Source: Nitrospiraceae bacterium (GTDB taxonomy: Bacteria > Nitrospirota > Thermodesulfovibrionia > UBA6902). Taken from it: a stretch of 64,000 bases of DNA. Shown one piece after another: positions 1 through 9,182 of this stretch (within the stretch, counting starts at the first letter, position 1; the number at the start of each line of letters is the position of its first letter). The notes beneath the pieces were generated by a model. It had not been told where the DNA came from and searched no databases. It saw nothing but the letters and a program-made list of their open reading frames with translations. The stretch is from positions 3,378-67,377 of the forward strand of contig QZKO01000053.1 of the NCBI GenBank assembly GCA_003599505.1, given 5' to 3'. The translations under genes and the position numbers were made by a program.

Positions 1-477
1 TACCCTGAAAAGATTTTGAAAGAAAAAACGGTCCCGGTAAAGAATATTGACGGCGGTCTCCAGAAACTCATTGACGACATGATTGATACCATGTATGATT
101 CACTTGGAGTGGGGCTTGCCGCCAACCAGGTAGGCGTCTCAAAGCAGCTTGCTGTAATCGATGTCAGCGTGAGGGATGAAAAGAGCCCTCTGATTGTACT
201 TGTAAACCCCGAAATAGTGTATTCCGAGGGGGAGGTTGAAGCAGAGGAGGGCTGTCTCAGCATACCTGATTATACGACGGTTTTAAAAAGGGCGGTGAAG
301 GTTTGCGTGAAAGGTCTTGACAGGGAGGGCAAGCCGGTAGAAATAGAGGCTGAAGGATTTCTGGCCAGGGCGCTTCAGCATGAAATAGACCATCTAAACG
401 GCATCCTGTTTGTCGACAGGATGGGACGGATTAAAAGGGAATTCTTCAAAAAGCGCTACGCAAGGGAAAAGGCCTGA
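1..477 (+). CDS. def: Peptide deformylase, 5'-truncated at the window edge
   Basis: Motifs GVGLAANQVG, EGCLSIPD and HEIDHLNG. The reading frame is open back to position 1. Confidence 0.9.
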   Translation, partial: YPEKILKEKTVPVKNIDGGLQKLIDDMIDTMYDSLGVGLAANQVGVSKQLAVIDVSVRDEKSPLIVLVNPEIVYSEGEVEAEEGCLSIPDYTTVLKRAVKVCVKGLDREGKPVEIEAEGFLARALQHEIDHLNGILFVDRMGRIKREFFKKRYAREKA

Positions 478-481
478 GGGG

Positions 482-1411
482 ATGAATATTGTTTTTTTCG
501 GCACGCCGGAGTTTGCCGTACCTCCCCTTGGAACACTCCTGAATTCGGAACATAAGGTCCTTGCCGTCATTACCCAGCCTGACAGGCCGGGCGGGCGGGG
601 AAGGCATGTTTCCGCCTGCCCGGTGAAAGTTGAAGCGGGAAAGGCCGGGTTGAAAATATTCCAGCCGCTGAAAGTCAGGGACGCGGGCTTCATTGCTGAA
701 TTGAAGAGAATAGCTCCCGACGCGATTGTTGTCGCGGCATACGGGCAGATTTTACCTTCCGCCATAATCCGTCTGCCGGAGTTAGGATGCATCAACATTC
801 ACGCCTCTTTGCTTCCGAAATACCGTGGCGCCGCCCCGATCAATTGGGCGATAATAAATGGAGAAAAAAAGACGGGTATTACCACAATGCTCATGGATGA
901 AGGGATGGATACCGGGGCTGTTCTGCTTCAGGAGGAAACGGAAATAGCCCCGGACGATACTGCCGGAGCGCTCTCTCACAGGCTCTCGGAAACCGGCGCT
1001 TCCCTGTTAATCAGAACATTAGAGGGGATTGAAAACGGTTCTGTCAGACCGGTCCCGCAATCAGACGGGGCGACCTATGCGCCGCTTCTGAAAAAAACCG
1101 ACGGGTTTATCCAATGGGGTAAATCCGCCTCCGACGTAAGCAATCTTATAAGGGGCATGAATCCCTGGCCCGGCGCTTATGGTTTTCTTGAAGGTGAAAG
1201 GGTTAACATCCTGAAAGCAGAGCCGGTTGAAGGTAATGGTGAACCGGGTATAATATACAGGGTATCAAAGGAGGAGCTTGCTGCCGGTACCGGGAAGGGT
1301 TTGCTCTCCGTCCTCGAAATCCAGCCGGCAGGGAAGCCGGTCATGACAATCAGGGCCTTTTTACAGGGTAGAAGGATAAAAGAGGGGATGAGGTTTATAA
1401 CTGATGTTTAA
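482..1411 (+). CDS. fmt: Methionyl-tRNA formyltransferase
   Basis: N-terminus MNIVFFGTPEFAVPPL with a formyltransferase fold. The ATG at 482 is in frame with the longer track ORF, and the gene sits in the def-fmt order. Confidence 0.9.
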   Translation: MNIVFFGTPEFAVPPLGTLLNSEHKVLAVITQPDRPGGRGRHVSACPVKVEAGKAGLKIFQPLKVRDAGFIAELKRIAPDAIVVAAYGQILPSAIIRLPELGCINIHASLLPKYRGAAPINWAIINGEKKTGITTMLMDEGMDTGAVLLQEETEIAPDDTAGALSHRLSETGASLLIRTLEGIENGSVRPVPQSDGATYAPLLKKTDGFIQWGKSASDVSNLIRGMNPWPGAYGFLEGERVNILKAEPVEGNGEPGIIYRVSKEELAAGTGKGLLSVLEIQPAGKPVMTIRAFLQGRRIKEGMRFITDV

Positions 1412-1961
1412 AAAATTTTTAAAACTATTATTATTTGTAGCGGTCTTTGCCGCAATCGGGGCCGGCGGGGCGTATCTGTTTTTTGGAAAGACTGATTCCC
1501 TAAAAACAGGCAAGGCGCCTTCTCCTGCGGAAAAGAGGATTACAGAAGAGGAGGAACACTCCCTCTTTCCGATGCCTTCTTTTGAAGACCAGCTTCTAAA
1601 TGAGGCCAAGCTGACACTGGAAAATCTTGATATAAAATTGGGGAAGGTCACATGGGTGCACTCCGATTCCGTTGATAAAGGTAAGGTTATCGCCCAGAGA
1701 CCATTGCCGGGGAGCATCAGGGGGAAGGAGGTAAATTTTCTTGTCAGTCTCGGCCCGTACGATGTTATTTACAGATGTCCGTCTTTTATTAACATGAAGA
1801 TAGAGGATGCCCGCATCTTGTCGGAAAATCTGGGAATAAAACTGGTTGAACAGAATGAAGGGACAAAGGTGGCGTCCCAGACACCGGAAGAAGGGACTAT
1901 TATAAGAAAAGGCGATTCTGTCGAGGTCACGCTCGGCAGCGGCAGGTGGATGTGGTTTTAA
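1404..1961 (+). CDS. Membrane-anchored PASTA-domain protein
   Basis: N-terminal TM helix followed by PASTA-like repeats (KVIAQRPLPGS...VNFLVSLGP). It overlaps the fmt stop by 8 nt. Confidence 0.5.
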   Translation: MFKKFLKLLLFVAVFAAIGAGGAYLFFGKTDSLKTGKAPSPAEKRITEEEEHSLFPMPSFEDQLLNEAKLTLENLDIKLGKVTWVHSDSVDKGKVIAQRPLPGSIRGKEVNFLVSLGPYDVIYRCPSFINMKIEDARILSENLGIKLVEQNEGTKVASQTPEEGTIIRKGDSVEVTLGSGRWMWF

Positions 1962-1995
1962 GCTGATAGCTCAGAGCTATCAGCTAATAGCTGAT
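1961..1995. repeat. 35-bp heptanucleotide array AGCTGAT AGCTCAG AGCTATC AGCTAAT AGCTGAT
   Basis: Five tandem 7-mers with an AGCT core read directly in the gap between the PASTA gene stop and the rpe RBS. The first four units also form a perfect palindrome. Confidence 0.8.
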
Positions 1996-2010
1996 AAGGG
2001 AGGAATACTT

Positions 2011-2664
2011 ATGATTAAGATAGCTCCGTCCATTCTATCGGCGGACTTTTCGAGACTCGGGGAAGAAATAAGGGCTGCTGAAAAGGCAGGCGCCGATCTG
2101 ATCCATGTTGACGTGATGGATGGACATTTTGTTCCCAATATAACCATCGGTCCGCTTGTTGTGAAAGCTGTAAAGAAGGTTGCGTCTATTCCGCTCGATG
2201 TGCATCTCATGATTGAAGACCCCGATAAATATATAAAGGATTTTGCCGAGAGCGGCGCTGATATCATTACAGTTCATTCTGAGGCATGTGTGCATCTGCA
2301 CCGGAGCATTCAGAACATAAAAGAATGCGGTGTTAAGGCGGCGGTTTCGATTAACCCGGCCACGCCCTTGCAGGATATTGAATTCATTCTTCCGTATGTC
2401 GATATGGCGCTCTTAATGACTGTGAATCCCGGGTTCGGCGGGCAGAAGTTTATTCCCGAGGTGCTCCCGAAGATTAAACAGCTTAAGGCTATGATCGAGG
2501 CCAACAGGTACAAGGTCGAGATAGAGGTTGACGGTGGGGTGACCCTTGATAATGTGGTGGAAATTCAAAAGTCCGGCGCGGATATTGTAGTCATGGGAAA
2601 CGCGTTTTATAACTCAGAGGATTATGCCGCGACGGTCAGGACTGTCAGGGAAAAATGCCGGTAG
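2011..2664 (+). CDS. rpe: Ribulose-phosphate 3-epimerase
   Basis: MIKIAPSILSADF...HVDVMDGHFVPN with the RPE signature. The RBS AGGGAGG lies upstream. Confidence 0.9.
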   Translation: MIKIAPSILSADFSRLGEEIRAAEKAGADLIHVDVMDGHFVPNITIGPLVVKAVKKVASIPLDVHLMIEDPDKYIKDFAESGADIITVHSEACVHLHRSIQNIKECGVKAAVSINPATPLQDIEFILPYVDMALLMTVNPGFGGQKFIPEVLPKIKQLKAMIEANRYKVEIEVDGGVTLDNVVEIQKSGADIVVMGNAFYNSEDYAATVRTVREKCR

Positions 2665-2670
2665 AGGTTA

Positions 2671-3099
2671 TCACCTGAAATCCGGGAAGTCGCTGCGCAG
2701 ATACCACCTTTTTGCTTCTTTGCTGTATTCCCATAACTGGGCGTCGGTGAGAGTTTTTTCTATCATATAGCCGGGGTCGTAGTACCTGATCTCCACCTTC
2801 TGCTCCGCCTTCAAATCGTTTTTCGAGATCTTGAGGCTGAGCACTTCATAAGATGTGACTTTCACGGAGCTGAATTTTTCATAGTTGCGGGACTGGTTGT
2901 CAAAGTCACGAATAAACCCTTTTATCCCTTCATACTGTCCCCATCGGACGGCCAACTCATAGCTGCGCAATGAGGCTTCAAGGGAATCCATCTGCTCCTG
3001 GGCGATAAAGGTCGCGCACCCCCCGATAAAAAATACCAGGCAGGACAGGATGAATATGATCATCCGGGCGTTGATTGGCCGGTACGAATGAAATGTCAT
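2671..3099 (-). CDS. Hypothetical lipoprotein
   Basis: Signal peptide plus lipobox (FFIGGCAT). No recognisable domain. Confidence 0.4.
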   Translation of the reverse strand: MTFHSYRPINARMIIFILSCLVFFIGGCATFIAQEQMDSLEASLRSYELAVRWGQYEGIKGFIRDFDNQSRNYEKFSSVKVTSYEVLSLKISKNDLKAEQKVEIRYYDPGYMIEKTLTDAQLWEYSKEAKRWYLRSDFPDFR

Positions 3100-3459
3100 T
3101 GTGACCCCTGCTGAAATCCCTTTTTCTCTGTAATAGGCTGATGTTTATCATAAGGCAGCGGGCTTTTATTTTCAAGCTCGCGCACAGAATCAACGGGACC
3201 ACTTGACTCAAGGGTCATATTTTGTGTAGTTTTAAAATATGAGGTTCCTCCTTTTCCTGACGGCTTGAAAAGGGGAGGCAGTTAGCCGCGGATTTTCACA
3301 GATAGGCACGGATTTTTTTAATAAAACAGGCATTACGTTCTGTTCCATCAGCGCTTATCCGTGTTTATCTGTGGCCAAAAGTTTTTTGTAGAAATATCCG
3401 AGTAAAATGAATGCACTTATGCCGGAAGAAGGTTTTAAGGTTTAATAGAACAGGAAGAT

Positions 3460-6400
3460 ATGGAAGGACTGCTGTTTTCCGGTGAAAAAATGAAATCGAT
3501 ATTCCTGTCATCAAAAGACAGGGCGCTGATATATATAAGACGCGTGGGCATTATTCTGTCATGCCTGCTGCTGATCACATCTCTGCTTGCCGTCATCGCG
3601 CTGTATGAAATGCAGACTTCCTGGTTTCAGGCCCATTATCTCAGCCGTGTGGCAAAAAAGCTGAATTTCCGGATGGGACCGGGCGCGAGTCCTTCCATTT
3701 ATTTCCCCACGTCAGGACCTTACGATGAACGGCTGGGGTATGTCTCATTGCCGGCTTTTACAGACAGGCTTGCAGGGAAAGGGTTTATGATTGAATCACA
3801 GGCATGTTTTTCTCCGCGTCTTCTTGAAATTACAAAGCAGGGCTTCAATCCCACATACCGTGAAAAGACCAGCGCGGGGCTGCGGATACTGGACCGTGAC
3901 GGCCAGGAGATTTTCGCTTCATTTTATCCGGAACGTATCTACAGGGATTTTGAGGCGATACCCGGGGTCATTGTAAAGAGTCTTCTTTTTATCGAAAACA
4001 AGGAGCTCTTGAATCCCGGGCATCCATATCTTAACCCGGCCGTAGAATGGGACCGTCTGGCCCTGGCGGTCATTCTTAAAGGGCAGCATCTGATCGACAG
4101 GGACGAGAATGTCCCGGGTGGAAGCACGCTGGCGACCCAGATGGAAAAATACCTGCATTCTTCAGGCGGGGTGACCGCATCCGCGCATGAGAAATTCCTT
4201 CAGATGCTTTCCGCCTCCCTGAGAAGCTATTTGAGCGGAGCGGAGACCATGAACGACAGACGCCGTATCGTGCTGGACTATATCAACTCCATCCCCCTTG
4301 GCGCAGTGCCCGGCTACGGCCAGGTCCACGGCATCGGAGACGGTCTGTACGCGTGGTACGGGGCGGATTTTGATTCTGTAAATAATTGCCTTTCCGGAGG
4401 AGGACCCGGTGAAGGCTGCCCGGATATTGAAACGTGGGGTAAAACATACAGGCAGGCGCTGAGCCTGTTTCTTGCTCAACGGCGGCCCTCGTTCTATCTG
4501 ATCGAAAACAGGGACGCGCTTGAAACAAAGACCGCCCTCTATATCCGGCTGCTTGCTGAAAACGGCGTTATCACTCCCCGCCAGAAAGAAGCAGCGTTAA
4601 AAGCGGACCTGGACATGCGGACCAATATGCCTGCAAAACGGAAGGTTTCTTTTGTAGAAAGGAAAGCCGCAAACGCCATACGGCCCCGTCTTCTTTCGCT
4701 TATGGAAGTCCCGACGCTCTACGAGCTTGATCTCCTGGACCTTACTGTAAGAAGCACGATTGACAGGCTGACACAGGAGGAAGTGACAGCGGCCTTGCGG
4801 CAATTACAGGACCCCTCTTTTGCTGAAGCAGCCGGGCTGATGGGGCCGCGCCTTCTGGATAAGGGTGATCCGTCAAAGGTCGTGTACAGTTTTACACTGT
4901 ATGAAAGCACGCCGGACGCTAATCTTCTAAGGGTGCAGACCGACAACTTCGACCAGCCTTTGAATATCAACGAAGGCGTAAAGCTTGAACTCGGCTCTTC
5001 AGCCAAGCTTCGCACCCTTGTTGCATATCTTGAAATAATAGCCGCCCTGCATACCCGGTATTCAGCCTCTTCCCCTGAGCAGCCCGGCGCGGCGCCGGTC
5101 GCAAAATCCGACCGGCTGAGCGCGTGGGCGGCGGATTATCTTTTGAAAGCCCCGGATAAGAGCCTGAAGGCCATGCTTGAAGCCGCTATGGAGCGGCATT
5201 ATTCGGCAAGCCCGGCCGAGCGGTTTTTTACAGGCGGAGGAGAACATACTTTTTCCAATTTTGATGACAAATATGACCACAGGGTCATTTCCGTGCGGGA
5301 AGCGATCCATAACTCCGTCAATCTGGTCTTTATCCGGATGATGAGGGACATAGTCAATTATTACACGTATCAGCGGCCCGGGATATCAGGGATATTGAGC
5401 GACATCAACGACCCAAGGAGGAAGGACTACCTGGAACGTTTTGCAGACCGGGAGGGAAGGATATTTCTCACCAGGTTCTATAATAAATATAAGGGCAGAG
5501 GTTTCGAGGAAGCGCTTGAAATTCTCCTGCATAACGTTGCCCACATCCCTTCGCGCTTCGCCGTAATTTTCCGCTCGGTAAAACCTGAGGCCGGAGTGGA
5601 AGAGTTTTCCTCCTTCATGAGGTCGCGTTTTCCGGATTCGGCATTTACGGACAATTCCCTCCGGAGACTTTATGACAATTATTCTCAGGAGGCTTATCCG
5701 CTTGTTGACAGGGGATATATAGCGCGGGTCCATCCGCTTGAGCTCTGGGCCGTCGCATATATGCGCGCCAGTCCCGGAGCGGACCTCGGTGAGACAATCA
5801 GTGCCAGTTTCGATAAGCGCCTTGAGGTTTACACGTGGCTTTTCAAGACGCACCGCAAGAATACCCAGGATATCAGGATCCGCACACTTCTGGAAGTTGA
5901 AGCGTTTTCAGAAATCCACCGCGCCTGGCAGCGGCTTGGGTATCCTTTTAGCTCCCTGGTCCCTTCTTACGCTACCGCGATCGGCAGCTCTGCTGACCGG
6001 CCCGCGGCCCTGTCCGAGCTTGCGGGGATAATACTTAACGGCGGCGTGAGGAAGCCGAACATGCGCATAGAAAGACTTCATTTTGCGAATGATACCCCAT
6101 ATGAGACTGTTTTTAAGCCGGCCGCTGAAAAAGGGGAGCAGGTGATGCTTCCCGAAGTGGCGTCCGCGGCAAAGGACGCCCTGGCCGGTGTCGTGGAAAA
6201 GGGCACTGCGAAGCGTATCAGCGGGGCTTTCCTGAGAGCAGACGGCTCTCAGGTAATTGTGGGCGGGAAGACAGGCACAGGCGATAACCGTCGTGAAATT
6301 TACGGGCAGGGGGGGCGTCTGATAAGCTCCGAGGCCATAAACCGGACCGCGGTCTTTGTCTTTTTTATCGGCGACAGATTCTTCGGCACAATAACCGCTT

Positions 6401-6630
6401 ACGCGGCGGGCCGGGCAGCCGATGATTATGAATTCACGAGCATGCTGCCGGTCCAGGTATTGAAAGGCCTGGCTCCCAGGCTTATGCCTTTGATTGAATC
6501 TGATTATGAGGATACAGGAGAATCTACAGAACAGCCAAAAGACGGTCAAGGAAATCAAGGTATCTCTGGGGCGGGTTTAAGACCATCACCCCGATTCCAT
6601 GGGAATAATCACGAATATTTCCCGTCCTGA
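3460..6630 (+). CDS. Large divergent class-A PBP-like protein (GT51 transglycosylase-like, C-terminal KTG motif), 1056 aa
   Basis: N-terminal TM helix. GT51-like motifs GGSTLATQ and RRRIVLDYINSIPLG...YG, plus a C-terminal GGKTGTGDN. The RBS AGGAAG lies upstream. Confidence 0.45.
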   Translation: MEGLLFSGEKMKSIFLSSKDRALIYIRRVGIILSCLLLITSLLAVIALYEMQTSWFQAHYLSRVAKKLNFRMGPGASPSIYFPTSGPYDERLGYVSLPAFTDRLAGKGFMIESQACFSPRLLEITKQGFNPTYREKTSAGLRILDRDGQEIFASFYPERIYRDFEAIPGVIVKSLLFIENKELLNPGHPYLNPAVEWDRLALAVILKGQHLIDRDENVPGGSTLATQMEKYLHSSGGVTASAHEKFLQMLSASLRSYLSGAETMNDRRRIVLDYINSIPLGAVPGYGQVHGIGDGLYAWYGADFDSVNNCLSGGGPGEGCPDIETWGKTYRQALSLFLAQRRPSFYLIENRDALETKTALYIRLLAENGVITPRQKEAALKADLDMRTNMPAKRKVSFVERKAANAIRPRLLSLMEVPTLYELDLLDLTVRSTIDRLTQEEVTAALRQLQDPSFAEAAGLMGPRLLDKGDPSKVVYSFTLYESTPDANLLRVQTDNFDQPLNINEGVKLELGSSAKLRTLVAYLEIIAALHTRYSASSPEQPGAAPVAKSDRLSAWAADYLLKAPDKSLKAMLEAAMERHYSASPAERFFTGGGEHTFSNFDDKYDHRVISVREAIHNSVNLVFIRMMRDIVNYYTYQRPGISGILSDINDPRRKDYLERFADREGRIFLTRFYNKYKGRGFEEALEILLHNVAHIPSRFAVIFRSVKPEAGVEEFSSFMRSRFPDSAFTDNSLRRLYDNYSQEAYPLVDRGYIARVHPLELWAVAYMRASPGADLGETISASFDKRLEVYTWLFKTHRKNTQDIRIRTLLEVEAFSEIHRAWQRLGYPFSSLVPSYATAIGSSADRPAALSELAGIILNGGVRKPNMRIERLHFANDTPYETVFKPAAEKGEQVMLPEVASAAKDALAGVVEKGTAKRISGAFLRADGSQVIVGGKTGTGDNRREIYGQGGRLISSEAINRTAVFVFFIGDRFFGTITAYAAGRAADDYEFTSMLPVQVLKGLAPRLMPLIESDYEDTGESTEQPKDGQGNQGISGAGLRPSPRFHGNNHEYFPS

Positions 6631-6844
6631 CAAGCCTGCCTGAAACCTGTATTCTTTCATTGTCCAGAGGGATAATTACTTCTACTGCAGAGTCTCCGGG
6701 AGACGTCATTCTGTCAGTCCTGATTAGCATGCCCGTTTCTGAAATATTTACCAGAGTCCCCATATAGACGTTATTATTGCTGCGCAGTGTTACTTTAATC
6801 ATAACGGGGATTCTGTAAAAGGCCCTTGTTCCCATCTTGGCCAC
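6524..6844 (-). CDS. PilZ-domain protein
   Basis: Motifs RAFYRIPV...NISETGMLI (RxxxR, D/NxSxxG). Confidence 0.6.
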   Translation of the reverse strand: MAKMGTRAFYRIPVMIKVTLRSNNNVYMGTLVNISETGMLIRTDRMTSPGDSAVEVIIPLDNERIQVSGRLVRTGNIRDYSHGIGVMVLNPPQRYLDFLDRLLAVL

Positions 6845-7011
6845 CTGCTGTTTTCAAAGTTATATTTTCTAAATATCACTTCATGTCAAGGATGTCAACA
6901 GGGGGCAAAAAAAATAAAGAACAGTTATCATGAAAATAAAGGTTTGAAGGAATTCAACCGATACAGTATCATAAGATTGATATTGATTGTGAGTTAAAGG
7001 AGACGGATAAA

Positions 7012-7434
7012 ATGGTTGCCAGACTGCTGATAACGGTTTCTTTATTTTTACTTCCGCTTCTGACCGGCGGATGTTCTTTGCATCATCAAAGTCCAAAAGG
7101 GGACCAAACAGCAAAAATAGTGAGCGTGACAAAAAACGATATTGCGCTCAAGCCCGCCGGCTCTTATGAAGAATGTGTGGCCCTGAAAAGGGGACAGGTG
7201 ATTGTTTATAAGTTCAACTCTACCAACCCTGTGGATTTTAACATCCATTATCATCTGGAAGACGCGGTTAAATATCCGGTCATGGAAAGTGAAATCACCG
7301 AATACGACGGGACCTTCAATCCCGAGAAAGACCGTATTAATCTGGATAATGAGGAGTACTTCTGCCTGATGTGGGAGAACCAGGATTTCAGGCAGTTGAA
7401 ACTTTCTTATGAATGCATGGTAAAGGAAAAGTAG
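7012..7434 (+). CDS. Hypothetical lipoprotein
   Basis: Signal peptide with lipobox LLTGGCSL. Confidence 0.4.
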   Translation: MVARLLITVSLFLLPLLTGGCSLHHQSPKGDQTAKIVSVTKNDIALKPAGSYEECVALKRGQVIVYKFNSTNPVDFNIHYHLEDAVKYPVMESEITEYDGTFNPEKDRINLDNEEYFCLMWENQDFRQLKLSYECMVKEK

Positions 7435-7452
7435 TATTTAATGCTGAGAGCT

Positions 7453-8079
7453 TTACGATAACCTTTTCATCTTCGGCAGAAACCTTCCTGTCTTTGAATA
7501 ATATTCCCTGTATTCAGCCCCGTGAACGTTTATGAGATATGCTTCTTCGTCGGAGGCTTTTATCAAAACAGAGATAAAATGGACCAGCAGGAGCAGGAGG
7601 GAAAACAGCGTGGGAAGCAGCGCCGCGGTACCGGCGAGGATTATCATCTGAAACAGGTAGATCGGATGCCTTACATAACGGTAAGGCCCCTGCCGCACCA
7701 TAACGGTTTTTTCTTTTATGTCAATTCCGATCCTCCATGAATTACCGAGGGCGTGGTAACACCACAGGGTGCCTGCATACCCGGATAATATCAGAAGAAT
7801 GCCTGAAGGTATTCCGTACCGGTGAAGCGTTTCGTTAATGAAAGATAACAGTATTATTTCCGGGAATCTTTGAACAAGGAAAGGCTGCCCGGCCCACCCG
7901 GAGATTATGATAAGCCAGCTTGCCCATAGCAGTTTTTCTCTGAATGTTTTAGGCCTGAGGTTGGGAGATTTCCCTGTCCGCTTGCGTACGCGGTACGCGT
8001 TTATTAAAACGCCGCTCCAGTAAATAACCGCTGTAAGGAAGACAACTGTTTCTCTTAACGCCGGCCGGTCTCCCGTCAT
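7453..8079 (-). CDS. Isoprenylcysteine carboxyl / phospholipid methyltransferase-family membrane protein
   Basis: Multi-TM protein carrying the GPYRYVRHPIY signature of the ICMT/PEMT family. Confidence 0.6.
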   Translation of the reverse strand: MTGDRPALRETVVFLTAVIYWSGVLINAYRVRKRTGKSPNLRPKTFREKLLWASWLIIISGWAGQPFLVQRFPEIILLSFINETLHRYGIPSGILLILSGYAGTLWCYHALGNSWRIGIDIKEKTVMVRQGPYRYVRHPIYLFQMIILAGTAALLPTLFSLLLLLVHFISVLIKASDEEAYLINVHGAEYREYYSKTGRFLPKMKRLS

Positions 8080-9176
8080 GGTCCCGGGTTTCTCTTTGCG
8101 CGTATAAGGTTCTGCAATTCAAGCACCCAGTGTTTTTTTATGCTGTGCCAGACGTCAGCCGCCCAGAGGATGTTCATGCTTGAGGACTTGAATTCAACAG
8201 TAAGCCGGGGCTCTTCAGACGGGGTGTAACTGTTTATCCAGTCCCTCGTCTCCCGGCTCCTGGCAAGGTGTCTTGTAAGGGGGACAAATATATGGCTGTA
8301 AGCCGCGGGGAGTTTTACCGACCGGATTGCCGCGGCACCGTCCGGTTCGAATTTATTCAGGGGACCGAAACCGAGGAGATCTCCGCCGAAGACATCAAGT
8401 CCCATATAAAAGCCGGTAAATTCAACCACGGAATCAGGTATGCTTCTGAGTTTGTTCATCATCACCCACTGGTTTGGGAGAAATCGTGAAATGCCGCCCG
8501 CTCCCACGACAGTAGCGTATGATATCTTCATCCCTACCACGGGCTGCTGCCTTCCGGTAAGGGGGTCGGTTATGGAAAACCTGTTTTCCTCTTTTCCCTC
8601 CAGGGGATTCCAGACCGGCAGTTCTTTTTCAAAACGGCCCGCAAGCTTATGAAGCACTTTTACCGTCTGTATTCCGCCCTGGCTGTGCCCCACAATTATG
8701 GGCCTCAACCCCTCCTTCTCGTAATACCATGCGAGCATGCCCGCAAGTTTACCGCTGTTTTCATAACAACTGTATGAATAAGAGCCGTCAGCCGGGTTGC
8801 GTATTTTATCTTCCGGATAACCCATAAGGATGAGGAATTTCGAGAAGGATTCCATTAAAAGAAAGACAGGGTATATCCCCCCGTGTATGTTCATGATCCT
8901 GGGCGCGGGGGTCCGGAATAAGACCTCGTTTATGTCTTTACCGCTGACTGATACGGGGTCAAGCGCCAGTATTTTTTCTTCGAGGTCGGCCGGCAGGTTT
9001 ATACTGCGTAGTACAGTACCCTTTTCAAGAGGTATCTCATAGGTCGGCAACCGGTAAGCGTATTCATGCGTGACGCAGCCGCCGGCAAAGACGGTAAAGA
9101 TTACAAGATATAGCAGAACTGAAAGTTTTTTCCCCATTTTATCGCAATAATATGTTAAAAGCGGTCCGAGCGCCAT
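8076..9176 (-). CDS. Alpha/beta-hydrolase (lipase/esterase-like) with signal peptide
   Basis: GHSQGG nucleophile-elbow motif and an N-terminal hydrophobic segment. Confidence 0.5.
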   Translation of the reverse strand: MALGPLLTYYCDKMGKKLSVLLYLVIFTVFAGGCVTHEYAYRLPTYEIPLEKGTVLRSINLPADLEEKILALDPVSVSGKDINEVLFRTPAPRIMNIHGGIYPVFLLMESFSKFLILMGYPEDKIRNPADGSYSYSCYENSGKLAGMLAWYYEKEGLRPIIVGHSQGGIQTVKVLHKLAGRFEKELPVWNPLEGKEENRFSITDPLTGRQQPVVGMKISYATVVGAGGISRFLPNQWVMMNKLRSIPDSVVEFTGFYMGLDVFGGDLLGFGPLNKFEPDGAAAIRSVKLPAAYSHIFVPLTRHLARSRETRDWINSYTPSEEPRLTVEFKSSSMNILWAADVWHSIKKHWVLELQNLIRAKRNPGP

Positions 9177-9182
9177 CCTTGC

